Source: Anolis carolinensis (Eukaryota). Taken from it: a DNA stretch of 64,000 nt. The stretch lies in NCBI RefSeq assembly GCF_035594765.1, contig NC_085842.1, positions 162,763,036-162,827,035 on the forward strand, written 5' to 3'. The notes beneath the pieces are model-generated. The model did not search any database and was not told where the DNA came from. It saw only the letters and a list, made by a program, of their open reading frames with translations. Of the stretch, positions 1 to 11,288 are shown piece by piece; the stretch's first letter is position 1, and each line of letters starts with the position of its first letter. A program made the translations under genes and the position numbers.

Positions 1-1380
1 TGAAGCTCAGAGTATATGACTTGCCCAAGGTCACCGAATGGGTTTCTTTGGTCAAGCGGTGATTCAAACCCTGGTCTCCATAGTCCAACACTCAAACCAA
101 CACATCATGTGTTATTTTATTTCACCAACACCCTTCTTTTCATGTCCCCATGCAATTGGTAATTGAGAGGCAAGCTTCCTCTGACACAGGAGTTAATAAA
201 TAGCCATCAAAGCCCGTCAAAATTGATTGCCTTAATTCTTCATGTATGATAAAATATATGACAATACCTCCATGAGGAAATTGACTTTTTTGAGTAGACT
301 ATCTTTGTCTGCCTGGTAAGCACTCAGGTGTTACTCATTCTTTGCTCAATCCAGATGGTTTCCTTTCAAAGTAACAGTTTTGCTGCTGTCCTTCACCTGT
401 ATTGTGGAAAAATATCTTTTTTCTTGTTGCTAAGGAAAAAGTATCTATTGCAATTGCTTTGCGGTTTTGCTTAGCCCCGTAAGGAATCTCTCAGCTTTGA
501 GATCTATGGAAAACAAGTTCTGTTCTCAAATTCCTATTTCATTTGAGGCAAGATGAAGAAAGACAATGAGAAGGACCTTTTATAAGGTTATCTACTGCCC
601 TCTTCTTCATTCTCTGTGGGATTTGGAAAGGCGAGTAAAGCCTCTCACATCTAAGAAGGCTTCTTAAGCTAATAATTCTTTGCTCATTTCATTATGGAAA
701 TAAGTGATTTTAGTCATTTTTTTCCTGTTGTGAGAATGTCTTCAAAAACTCTATCTTTTCTGAAGACTATTCCCATATTCTGCACAAAATTCACATATGG
801 AGAATGTTATAGTTGAAGGCTTATTCCTGAACAAAATTCACATCCCTTCCCAGGGAGCAGTATTTTCTGTGCAGAAAAACATGATTTCTCTGAAAAAATG
901 CTGTTTTAAAACTCTTAGAGAATTCCTTGCATTAATTAATAGGTAGACATAAATCAAAAAGCAATCTGAAGACACACAAGCACAACAAATGGTAAAGATA
1001 TGCAAAGCCCCATGAGTGTAGTTTTATTCTGAAAAGAATGAAAGCAGCCTTAGTGGGGGAAGTGTACATTTTACTCTATTTGCTGGCTGTCTTCTTCCAG
1101 GCAAAACTGATTTCCCCTCCAAAGCTCCACTTTCCCTCCATGAACATCTATCCTTGCAAATTTCCCCACAGAAGGAAAAGCAAGGGGTGTCCTTTTCAGG
1201 TGAAAAGTGGCTAACAAAGTATTACACACCACCAGGAAGGGGTAGGATGGTGAGCTGTAGATAGAAATATTTGCCTTAGGGCCTTGAAAAACAAGCCATT
1301 TACTGCCTCAGCCTTCCTGGGCATACTTTTGGATCATGCCTTGGCACTTCTTCATTTCTCCCTAGAGTGTCTGTCTAGGG

Positions 1381-1503
1381 CAGTGGTTCTGAACCTGTGG
1401 GTCCCCAGATGTTTTGGCCTTCAACTCCCAGAAGCCCTAACAGCTGGGATTTCTGTGAGTTGTAAGCCAAAACACCTGGGGACCTACAGGTTGAGAACCA
1501 CTG
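1381..1503. mobile_element. hAT-type palindromic MITE (CAGTGGTTCTCAACC family)
   Basis: TIRs cagtggttct..aacc / ggttgagaaccactg; 8-bp TSD gtctaggg on both sides. Confidence 0.9.
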
Positions 1504-1543
1504 GTCTAGGGTGTCTATCTGTTTTTCTCTCTGTAGACACAAA

Positions 1544-2229
1544 GACAGTACGTGTGAAAAAGACCTTGGAGTCCTTGTGGACAACAAATTAAACATGAGC
1601 CAACAACGTGATGCGGCAGCTAAAAAAGCCAATTAGATTTTGGCCTGTATAAATAGAAGTACAGCGTCTAGATCCAGGGAAGTCATCCTCCCCCTCTATT
1701 CTGCCTTGGTCAGACCACACCTGGAATACTGTGTCCAATTCTGGGCACCGCAATTGAAGGGAGATGTTGACAAGCTGGAAAGCGTCCAGAGGAGGGCAAC
1801 TAAAATGATCAAAGGTCTGGAGAATAAGCCCTACGAGAAGCAGCTTAAAGAGCTTGTTATGTTTAGCCTGCAGAAGAGAAGGCTGAGAGGAGACATGATA
1901 GCCATGTACAAATATGTGAGAGGAAGTCATAGGGAGGAGGAAGCAAGCTTGTTTTCTGCTGCCCTGCAGATTAGGACTCAGAACAATGGCTTTAAACTAC
2001 AGGAAAGGAGATTTCACCTGAACATCAGGAAGAACTTCCTCAATGTGAGAGCCATTCAGCAGTGGAACTCTCTGCCCCGGACTGTGGTGGAGGCTCCTTC
2101 CTTGGAGGCTTTTAAGCAGAGGCTGGATGGCCATCTGTCGGGGGTGCTTTGAATGCGATTTCCTGCTTCTTGGCAGGGGGTTGGACAGGATGGCCCATGA
2201 GGTCTCTTCCAACTCTATGATTCTATGAT
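1544..2229 (+). mobile_element. CR1 LINE, 5'-truncated (ORF2 C-terminus plus 3'UTR)
   Basis: ORF 1640-2152 has [19 protein letters not shown] and RRLRGDMI motifs; ends in ATTCTATG repeats. Confidence 0.95.
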
Positions 2230-3891
2230 GGGCAGGTCCTATTGGACTGCAATTCCCAGTGTTCCTATTAGCTATGAAAGCTTGAGTTGATGGGAGTTGT
2301 AGTCCTACAACAACTAGAGGGCCACGTGTTCCCCACTTTGTTGTGGTAGGAGCACTGACAGAGCCCCAGCTTCTATCCTCCTTCCCACAACCCTTTGGTA
2401 GGCCCTGTGCTGCACCACCCTACTTCACTGCTCAAAATCACATCCTTTCATTTTAAACAACTAATTGGGATATCTGACAGAACAGAACAAGATAGGCATG
2501 CAGTTATTAGTAGAGTTGCTTCCTGCCATTCTTTGCTGTTTTGTGCCTCTCTTGCAATTTCTTGCCTTTTATCAAGTTTGCGAAGACTACTTAATTCCCT
2601 GTCTAGCACTGAAACTATACTGTTGTCTTTTTATAAGAGAGGCAGTGGAGATGGAGGAAAGACAGAGAATTCTGAATAGATTCACTCCTCCACTGAACCT
2701 TGTTTACTCTCTCTCTGTCCCTTTTCAAATCATATGAGGAGACTGTGGAACTATGCCTTCTGCTCGAAGAAGGGGCGGACAGGAAAATACAGATTAATTA
2801 TCCAGCAAACTTCCAAGAGGCAGGTTTCTTGCCGGAAAATAGACAAGGGGAAAATTCTAATTCAAAGGGGAAGGAGAAACGTAACATGTTTGCTTATTTC
2901 TATCCCTAATGAATTACTTCTCGTTAAATGGCAAACGGTAAAATGAAAACCATTGCATGATTTACTTATCATTATCATCTTCTGTCTCTCGTAGCCTGAT
3001 CTGGACAACTAATTGGTAGGCTTCAGAATCTTAACAGCTGTAATGCAAATTTTAAACAAACATGAATATGGATGTTCTGCCTAAACCCTCTGCAAAGTGA
3101 AGTTTTCATCCACTTAGTGGAGGTGGGGAGGATGCCACAAAATATACCTACAAAGATAGAACCAGGGAAGCTATAGTTCTCTGGAGTCCATTGAACTGCA
3201 TCATTTTGGCCTTGTTCATGCTGGCCTGGGTTTATGAGGTTAGAAGTCCAAACCCTTTGGAGGGAGTCAGGTCTCCCATCCCATGGAGTAACCATCGAAC
3301 TAGGAGACAGATATACACATTTCAAAGCATGCTGAGAATCCCAGACATTTTTAAGTTTGAAAAGGGAGTTGACTGACTATATTATTGGATAGGTTAAACC
3401 AAGAAGACTAGACTTCCTGCCAAAAGGGGACAAAGCACCTTAAATTGTCCCTGCCAAAGTTCTTCAAGGAGCAGCAATCTTGTCAGTCTTATAAATACCC
3501 TTCAAATGCACATTAGTAGTAAATTTGAAACTGCAGTCCAGAAAACACGTCTGTGGTGGAGTTATTTGAGTCACTTCTTTGTTTGGTTGGTTAGCGAGTT
3601 GCTGTGCATTAGTGCTTCCTTTGTGACAGGATACCTTCATCCAGTGTAACAAACTAAAAACAAGCAAATCCTACTCTTGGATCTGATGCCCTGGCACTTC
3701 CGTCATAGCTCCGCATCTGCTGTCCCTGCTGCCAGGTTCTCTCAGCCATGCCTGTTTACAATGCTGTGCAGTTTCCATTGCCAATTAGACATGAACACCA
3801 AGATCGAGGAACAAGCAGGGATTATAGATGAAAAAAAAAGCATTTGTTTTCCAAAATGAAAAGGAAATGTGGGACTTGCCTAGAAACTTTG

Positions 3892-4040
3892 CGCCCTTCC
3901 ACACAGCCATATAACCCAGAATATTAAGGAAGAATAACCCACAATATCTGCTTTGAACTGGAATATCTGAGTCCACACTGCCATATATCTCAGTTCAAAG
4001 CAGATAATGTGGGATTTTATTCAGCTGTGTGGAAGGGGCC
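3892..4040. mobile_element. PIF/Harbinger-like MITE (GGCCCCTTCCACACAGC TIR family)
   Basis: TIR gcccttccacacagc / gctgtgtggaaggggc; relatives at 14113 and 36364; superfamily assignment inferred. Confidence 0.7.
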
Positions 4041-4219
4041 TCAGAATGCAAGTTCTAGACTTTTGATTGGCTACTGCAAATAACCTGTGTGCCTCCAATT
4101 CACATTTTGACTTATGATGAACCCATGAATTTTATAGGGTTTCCTTAGGAAATGAATGCTCAGGGGGGCTTTTGCCAGTCCCATCCTCTAAAATGTATAG
4201 CTAACAGAACCTGATATAT

Positions 4220-4833
4220 CACTATATAACACGATTTTTGTTCCTGGGTATAAGTGTCATTTCCTAATTGATTGTATCATAACAACATAAAAAATAATGA
4301 AACTGCAAATACTTTGTTTTTACAGGATACCCTGCAGCACATTTTGCTATACTTTTTCAATGAATACCTCATAGAGTTTTAACCAATTTAACATAATCTG
4401 TGGCAGCCACAAAAACAAAGTTTCTGGAGTGTAACAACTACAGTAGAGTCTCACTTATCCACATAAACGGGCCGGCAGAACGTTGGATAAGCGAATATGT
4501 TGGATAATAAGGGATTAAGGAAAAGCCTATTAAACACCAAATTAGGTTATGATTTTACAAATTAAGCACCAAAACATCATGTTATACCACAAATTTGACA
4601 GAAAAAGTAGTTCAATACACAGTAAAGCTATGTAGAAATTACTGTATTTACGAACTTGGCACCAAAATATCACGATGTATTGAAAACACTGACTACAAAA
4701 AAGCGTTGGATAACCCAGAACGTTGGATAAGCGAGTATTGGATAAGTGAGACTCTACTGTACTTTCAAAGTAAGTGTCGCACACAAAAGCAGGAAGAACA
4801 CTTTCAAACCAGAAACAAATTTTGTTACACTGT
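4220..4833. mobile_element. Older TIR DNA element interrupted by a mariner-type MITE
   Basis: Imperfect TIRs cactatataacacgatttttgttcctgg / ccagaaacaaattttgttacactg. Confidence 0.55.
4441..4759. mobile_element. Tc1/mariner-type MITE (CAGTAGAGTCTCACTTATCC family)
   Basis: TIR cagtagagtctcacttatcc / ggataagtgagactctactg, TA on both sides. Confidence 0.92.
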
Positions 4834-4916
4834 ATTTAGTCTGCCATCAAAAGACTAACCACCAGAGCTGACCCTGCTCAGCTTTCAAGATCATGTGAGA
4901 TCTGGTTCTTTTAGGA

Positions 4917-5053
4917 CAGTGGTTCTCAACCTGTGGGTCCCCAGGTGTTTTTGGCCTACAACTCCCAGCAATCCCAGTCAGTTTACCAGCTGTTAAGATT
5001 TCTGGGAAATGAAAGCCAAAACATCTGGGGACCCACAGGTTTGAGAACCACTA
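4917..5053. mobile_element. hAT-type MITE
   Basis: Same family as 1381-1503; near-TSD ttttagga/ctttagga. Confidence 0.85.
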
Positions 5054-7050
5054 CTTTAGGATATTTAAACCAGTTGATAATCCCAACAAGAATAGATCCA
5101 CTGAATGAATGGTCCTCATGCAAGTGTTCTCTAGCCAAGTTCCTACCAATTCAGTGGGTTTGTGCCAGTTGGGTCTAACAATTCCATACAAGTCATTGCA
5201 TGTTGATTGTGATTTTGTGAAGAATTGCCCAAAGTACTTGCATTAGTAGACAGCAGTGCAACAGTGTTGATGATAATCCATTTGGGATTTTAGTCCAAAT
5301 TTAGAAGTAGCTAGCTAGTGCTGAATCCTTCCCCAAAACAGATTCAGAGGAGTCAAAGTTTGGACTGCAACACTGAATAAATTAATTGCCCCACCAGCAC
5401 CGTCATTGCATACAAATTAAGCAGGCTATCCAACTAAAACTCTCCCAGTCCCATTGTCCTCGAAGACAATAAGCAATGATCCCAGAAACAGTGATGTCAT
5501 GATTGCTATTGTAGTATCATGCCACAATGAAGTCACCTGGATTTGCATTTGAAGACTCAAATAAATAATACATTTGATGATACATCCCAAAAAGAGTGAA
5601 TGACAAATGTGGGAGTATTACGTCTTTGGGGTGTAAATTCCCAGCCCTCTAGGTATCATGGCATGCTCGCTGGAGGATTCTAGGAGTGCTAGTACCCAGT
5701 TGCAGGCTATTGTACCTACTAGCAGTTCATGCTCACAAACAAGGTTTCAGCAGACGGGAGAACATAGACAGACATACTTGCAGGGTGGCTTTTTGGATTA
5801 GTTGAACAACACTGCCCTCTGCTGCTCAGAGAAGCTGCGATCATTTGGTGGTGAGAGGAGGGAAGCAATGCTCTATGAATATACATGTGAGGTTAATCAA
5901 TTAGGCTATTTGCGGGTTTTTATACATATATAGACACACAAGCACTGAACCTTACTAGCACATAAGTGCTGAAACTGTTGCCAGACCAGGCTGAGGCAGT
6001 GCCGCCTCGCCTATCCTGGAAGCATAATGAGCTAATGGAGATGATGCGGAAGGGATTTGATCGAGGTCTCTTTGGCTGTTTGTCAGAGTTCAGCTGCCAG
6101 TGCAGACCTGAACCAGCATCTGCCTAATGACCTGCTGAGAGATTCTGCTGATCTTGTCTTTGCAGCTCAGGGATAATGAGAAAGAAAGAGGACCGAGGCA
6201 GACTTTCAATGAAGGCCAGCGTGTTTAAATGCAGTCCTTTTTTGGGTGGGTGAGGGGAGAGAGTTTGTTACTCCCAGCAAATGCCAGTTTCAAAAGCTGC
6301 TCAGTTTGCTTCCAAAGTAGCTGGCATAATGATTTCCTTTGTCGTTGGCACTGGAGCTTCCTTGGGGAGTGTTCTTTTTTTCAAACATTTCTTTATACTG
6401 GCAGACAGATATGAGCTCACGTGGATTAAGGAAGATGAAGGCTCTTCTTGCTAATTTATTTGAAAATGAGGGCTAAAATACTTTGAACTTCTGTGTCAGC
6501 GCCTTTCACTCAGGAATATTAAAGCGGCTTGCGAGGCAATTAGTTAATGAGTGAGCCAACCTCGAGGGTATTAGAGGAGAGTTTTGTTTCTCGGGTGGGA
6601 AAAGCAAAGGCAGGAGAGAAGGGGGAGGGACGGCATGTCAGCAAAAGCTTGTGGCTCACATCTAGCCATTTCGACTCAAAAGAAAATCTCACTGAGCTCA
6701 ATGAAGAGGTGCCCCCAAATAAGTGTGTATAGGACTATGCAGCCTTAGAGCATCATTGAGTCTGTAGGCTACTGACACTTTGGCATCTGCTATAACTCCA
6801 AAGAACTTTATTCTGGGATTTACCCCACTGCAGCACAGCAGAACCTGTTGCTGTATCTGCACAACAGGAATCCCAATCATTGCTCCAAGGGTCACATGAA
6901 AATCCCCAATGTGATGGTTGTGACCCATATTAAAATTTCCAATATTTTTTGTGCATGCACAAAGACATTGAACTAGAGGCGGTTCCTGGGTTATGAACAA
7001 GATAGCTTCTGTAGGTCTGTTCTTAAGTTGAATTTCTATGTAAGTCAGAA

Positions 7051-7630
7051 CTCTGGTGGTACAGTGGGTTAAACCATTGAGCAGCTGAATTTGCTGACCG
7101 AAAGGCCAGTGTTTCAAATCCGGGGAGCAGAGTGAGCTTCCGTTGTTAGCCCCAGCTTCTGCCAACCTAGCAGTTCGAAAACATGCACATGCAGTTCGAA
7201 AACATGCACTAGAGAGATCAGGCAGGCCCCTACCATCCTCTCCTTCCGGAAGAGCTTAAAAACCTGGCTCTTCCAAAAGGCCTTCGATGTTTAATTGTTG
7301 CTGGATTGATCTGTCAGTCCATTCCATAATAATCCCATTGTTGTTGTCTTGCCATTTTATACCGCACTTTATTGTCCATTCAACTGTGAAATTTCCTTTC
7401 CCCATTTCGTAACACTCTGCACTTTGCCTGGGATCTACGACTTAATCTCCTGTTTTTAATACTGTATCCTGCTTGTTGATCTTAATTATTGTTTTTAATG
7501 ATGTTGATGTTTTTTACTGGGATAATTGTTTTATTGCTTTGTTACTGTTATTTGTTTGTTTTATCAGGCCAGGCCCCATGTAAGCCGCCCCGAGTCCCTT
7601 CGGGGAGATGGGGCGGGGTATAAAAATAAA

Positions 7631-7680
<50 letters not shown>

Positions 7681-7869
7681 GTGAGTAGATCAATAGGTAC
7701 CGCTCTGGCGGGAAGGTGACGGTGCTCTATGAAGTCACGCCAGCCACATGACCTTGGAGGTATCTGCGGACAACGCTGGCTCTTTGGCTTAAAAATGGAG
7801 ATGAGCACCAACCCCCAGAGTGGGACACGACTAGACTTAATGTTAGGGAAAAACCTTTACCTTTACCTT
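7051..7869 (+). mobile_element. Sauria SINE interrupted by an L2-like 3' fragment
   Basis: tRNA-like head, core gtagatcaataggtaccgct, (ACCTTT)n tail; insert at 7210-7680. Confidence 0.88.
7210..7680 (+). mobile_element. L2-like LINE 3' end with (TTA)n tail
   Basis: Frame ending ..LLSFRKSLKTWLFQKAFDV*, T-rich UTR, gtaagccgccccgagtcccttcgggg...aataaag(tta)n. Confidence 0.8.
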
Positions 7870-8438
7870 ACAGAACAGGTACATTTTTTTCCCAACAATA
7901 CATGGAAGGCCACATTTCCCAACCTAGGTCTACAGGAATGTATAAAAACAACAGTGAGTATAAGCTCACAGGCTTGTGCTCATTTTTCTCACTATGGCAT
8001 ACACTGAGCAATACCAAACAATGAGCTTTTATAGTGTGCTTGCAAACAATCATTTTTCGGAGCCTAGAAAGCCTACCAGTCATATTGATTTGCATCTTGC
8101 TGCAGCCTCACATCAAACTGTTTTATAGCACTTCAAACTGTTCCCTGCAACATCTCAAATTAGTCCCTAAAAGCATGACTCCTTGACGGGAAGGGGGTAA
8201 GGAGATGAATGTCTACTAGATATGTATATGTGTTTACACACAGAGAGAGCTGACACACAGCAGTTTCATGTGTGTGTTTAATATATCGGTTCTTAAACAT
8301 AGTATGTGAAATGATGATTGACTGGTAATTTCCATGCCACTTAGCTGCTGAATCTGTTTAGAGCAGCACTATACAGTGCTGAACCCAAGCCTCAAAACAG
8401 GTTGAATACTTTAGGAAAATTCCTTAAATGTAAGTCTT

Positions 8439-8737
8439 GACCTCATCAGACGGCCGCCAGCATTACTCCACTTTGTAGAGGGGTGTGGGGAACCCGGCGC
8501 CCCACACCCTGTATTGCCCGGCTCCAGCTGAGAGTAATCAGATGGGGGGAAGCGTGAGTGCGTGGTTTCCCACATAGATTGCAATGGCAACATGGGAGCC
8601 CTCCCATGTTGCCCTGGTGATGGCATGCGCCAGCTCCACCCTCCTTTACCCATCATGTATTGGGATCCAGCCAGCTTGGTGGGTGACCAAGGCTAAATTG
8701 GCGCATGCCGCTGAATTTAGCCCCATATGAAGAGGTC
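8439..8737. mobile_element. GC-rich TIR element, probably Harbinger-like MITE
   Basis: Imperfect TIR gacctcatcagacgg / ccatatgaagaggtc. Confidence 0.5.
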
Positions 8738-9139
8738 ATAATAAGTCTTGGCGGGGATTTGCAGTCCCGCTGACATGGGGCTCCTCAGTTACCACTGCAC
8801 AGAAGTAGTTCTGAACCTGGTAGAGGGGTGGCCAATTAAAGTTACATCTTTCTTTTCATTCTTTTCCTTTCTTTCACAACCTGCTATGGAAATTTGAATA
8901 AAAATAAAGATTAATGAAGGGAAATCAAGTCTGAGCAGACTCAGGCTGACACTCTGGTGGAGTACTATGCCAGCAGCTGCAATTTTTCAAGGCCACACAG
9001 CAGTGACATGAAAAGAGAAACAAAATCTTCTGAGCTGCTGTGAATTTTCCAGGCTGTATGGCCATGTTCCAGAAGCATTCTCTCCTGACATTTCACCCAC
9101 ATCTATGGCAGGCATCCTCAGAGGTTGTGAGATATATAT

Positions 9140-9269
9140 TTATATAGTACAATATAGTAATTTATTGCCAGTATTGTGCTATGCTAATAATATAATGTAT
9201 GTAAATTTAATTTGTAAGATGCTCTGAGTCCCCTTCAGGGTGAGAAGGGCAGGATATAAATGTATTAAA
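9140..9269 (+). mobile_element. AT-rich L2-like 3' tail fragment inserted in the Penelope
   Basis: gtaagatgctctgagtccccttcagggtgagaagggcagg tail; same sequence occurs inside the hAT element at ~56870-57030. Confidence 0.65.
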
Positions 9270-11288
9270 TCTATATATATAAAAGGATAAAGTTGTGGGC
9301 ACCGTGACTATAACAACACAACTATACGCCCCAGAACCACCAAACTTGACAACACGACGGAAAAGCCTTGCCTCCAGGTTCATACAACAAAAAAACACAA
9401 CAGGAACCTAAAAAGGGGTTTAAAAAACCCAAAAAAGGCAACAAACCATCTGCGCCTGCGCCAAAAGCGAGCCTGCGCGCGGACAGAACAACCCCCACCC
9501 CACCTCTCAACGGCTGCACCTGCCCCCGACGCTGCTGCTGCCATCTTGCCGAACAGCCCCGAGCCACCACGTGCCAGGAGTAGGAAAAAGGCAGCCCCCA
9601 CAGCTGGCCGCTCTGCCTAGGCGAGCCTGGGAATTCCATTTAGGCCTAAAGGGGCGGGTCTACTCACAGCAAGTCGAGCCGGTGGTGAGGTCCTGGACCT
9701 CGACGCCAGGGTAGCCCTCACACTGCCGGCAGCAACAGGCCTGCAGGGCGCTGTGCCAGCCCAACATGGGCTCAAGCCTCCCAGTTGCCTCTCCTGGCTC
9801 ACCCCTCACCACCCTGGGGGAGGGGGAAGCCAACTGGAGACCAAACTGGATAGTCAAACTCTGGGCCTCCTGGCCCTCTGGATGCGGGGGGGGGGGGCCG
9901 CGGGGCTCCTCGGTCACTTCTTCCCGCACCGCCGCCATCACCCGTCCTCCAAACCCCGAGAAGGAGCACGCCCCACACCACCCGGAGATTAAGAGCCCAC
10001 AGGCACACCAGCGAGTCGCTATTCCCGCAATCGCCACACTACTCCACAAACCCAAGTGGCCTCCCAAGTGACCGGGGGGGGGGGGAGTGAAAAAGGGCCA
10101 GGTGGCCGCCTGAGGCCTCAGAAAACACCGTGCTGAAAAGGGCGGCAGCTCGCACCCCTCTTCCTGCGCCGCCCCTCACCACCCTGGGGAGAGGGGGAGT
10201 CGGATGGAGACCAAACTGCCCACCCAAACTGTGGGCCTCCTGGCCCTTTTGATGGGAGGGGGCAAAAAGGACACACACCGCCTCGCTCACACTTCCCAAC
10301 ACAGCATTAGCCCAGCCAGGAATCACCCAGGCTTCAAACCTACAAGGCAGGAAACAATCAGGGTCAACTAATACCTCCCAACAAAGGATTCCACCAGGCA
10401 GGAATCAGCCAGGGCTTGAAGCTACAAGGCAGGAAACAATCAGGGCCAGCTAATACCTCCCAACAAAGGATTCCACCAGGCAGGAATCCGCCATGGTTTG
10501 AAGCTACAAGGCAGGAAACAATCAGGGCCAGCTAATACCTCCCAACAAAGGATTCCACCAGGCAGGAATCCGCCATGGTTTGAAGCTACAAGGCAGGAAA
10601 CAATCAGGGCCAGCTAATACCTCCCAACAAAGGATTCCACCAGGCAGGAATCAGCCAGGGCTTGAAGCTACAAGGCAGGAAACAATCAGGGTCAGCTAAT
10701 GCCTCCCAACAAAGGATTCCACCAGGCAGGAATCAGCCAGGGCTTGAAGCTACAAGGCAGGAAACAATCAGGGCCAGCTAATACCTCCCAACAAAGGATT
10801 CCACCAGGCAGGAATCAGCCAGGGCTTGAAGCTACAAGGCAGGAAACAATCAGGGCCAGCTAATACCTCCCAACAAAGGATTCCACCAGGCAGGAATCAG
10901 CCATGGTTTGAAGCTACAAGGCAGGAAACAATCAGAGCCAGCTAATACCTCCCAACAAAGGATTCCACCAGGCAGGAATCAGCCAGGGTTTCAACCTACA
11001 AGGCAGGAAACAATTAGGGCCAGCTAACACCTCCCAAAAAATGATTACCCCACTCAGGAAGCAGACCGCCTTTCAGATTACAAGGCATTAAAATCTAATC
11101 AAGGTGACTAATAACAGCATTCATACCTGCTGCAACAAGACTACTCATTGTATTCCAGCTCATCAAACAAGGATTCCCATATAAAGAAAACGGCCAGGCT
11201 TTCAGCCTGCAAGGCTATTCAGTGCTATTCCACCTGGCGAACAAAAGATTACGAAAAGCCACAGCAACGCGTGGCCGGGCAAAGCTAG
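9270..11288 (+). mobile_element. Non-autonomous Helitron with captured internal sequence
   Basis: 5' TCTATATATATAAAA preceded by A; 3' hairpin gccac-agcaacgc-gtggc (11258-11275) then CTAG followed by T; no RepHel ORF. Confidence 0.9.
10345..11085 (+). repeat. 82-bp tandem array (8 full units plus 1 degenerate), Penelope-derived
   Basis: Unit starts at 10345, 10427, 10509, 10591, 10673, 10755, 10837, 10919, 11001; unit is the reverse complement of Penelope sequence at ~11425-11510. Confidence 0.95.

Noticed and set aside
1640-2152. 170-aa ORF
   Set aside because: CR1 ORF2 C-terminal fragment without a true start
9322-10326. Multiple ORFs in the GC-rich Helitron interior as a RepHel or intact gene
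   Set aside because: No HUH/helicase motifs; low-complexity peptides in all frames
10345-11085. Regularly spaced repeats resembling a CRISPR array
   Set aside because: Units are contiguous with no unique spacers, derive from Penelope, and the context is vertebrate with no cas genes
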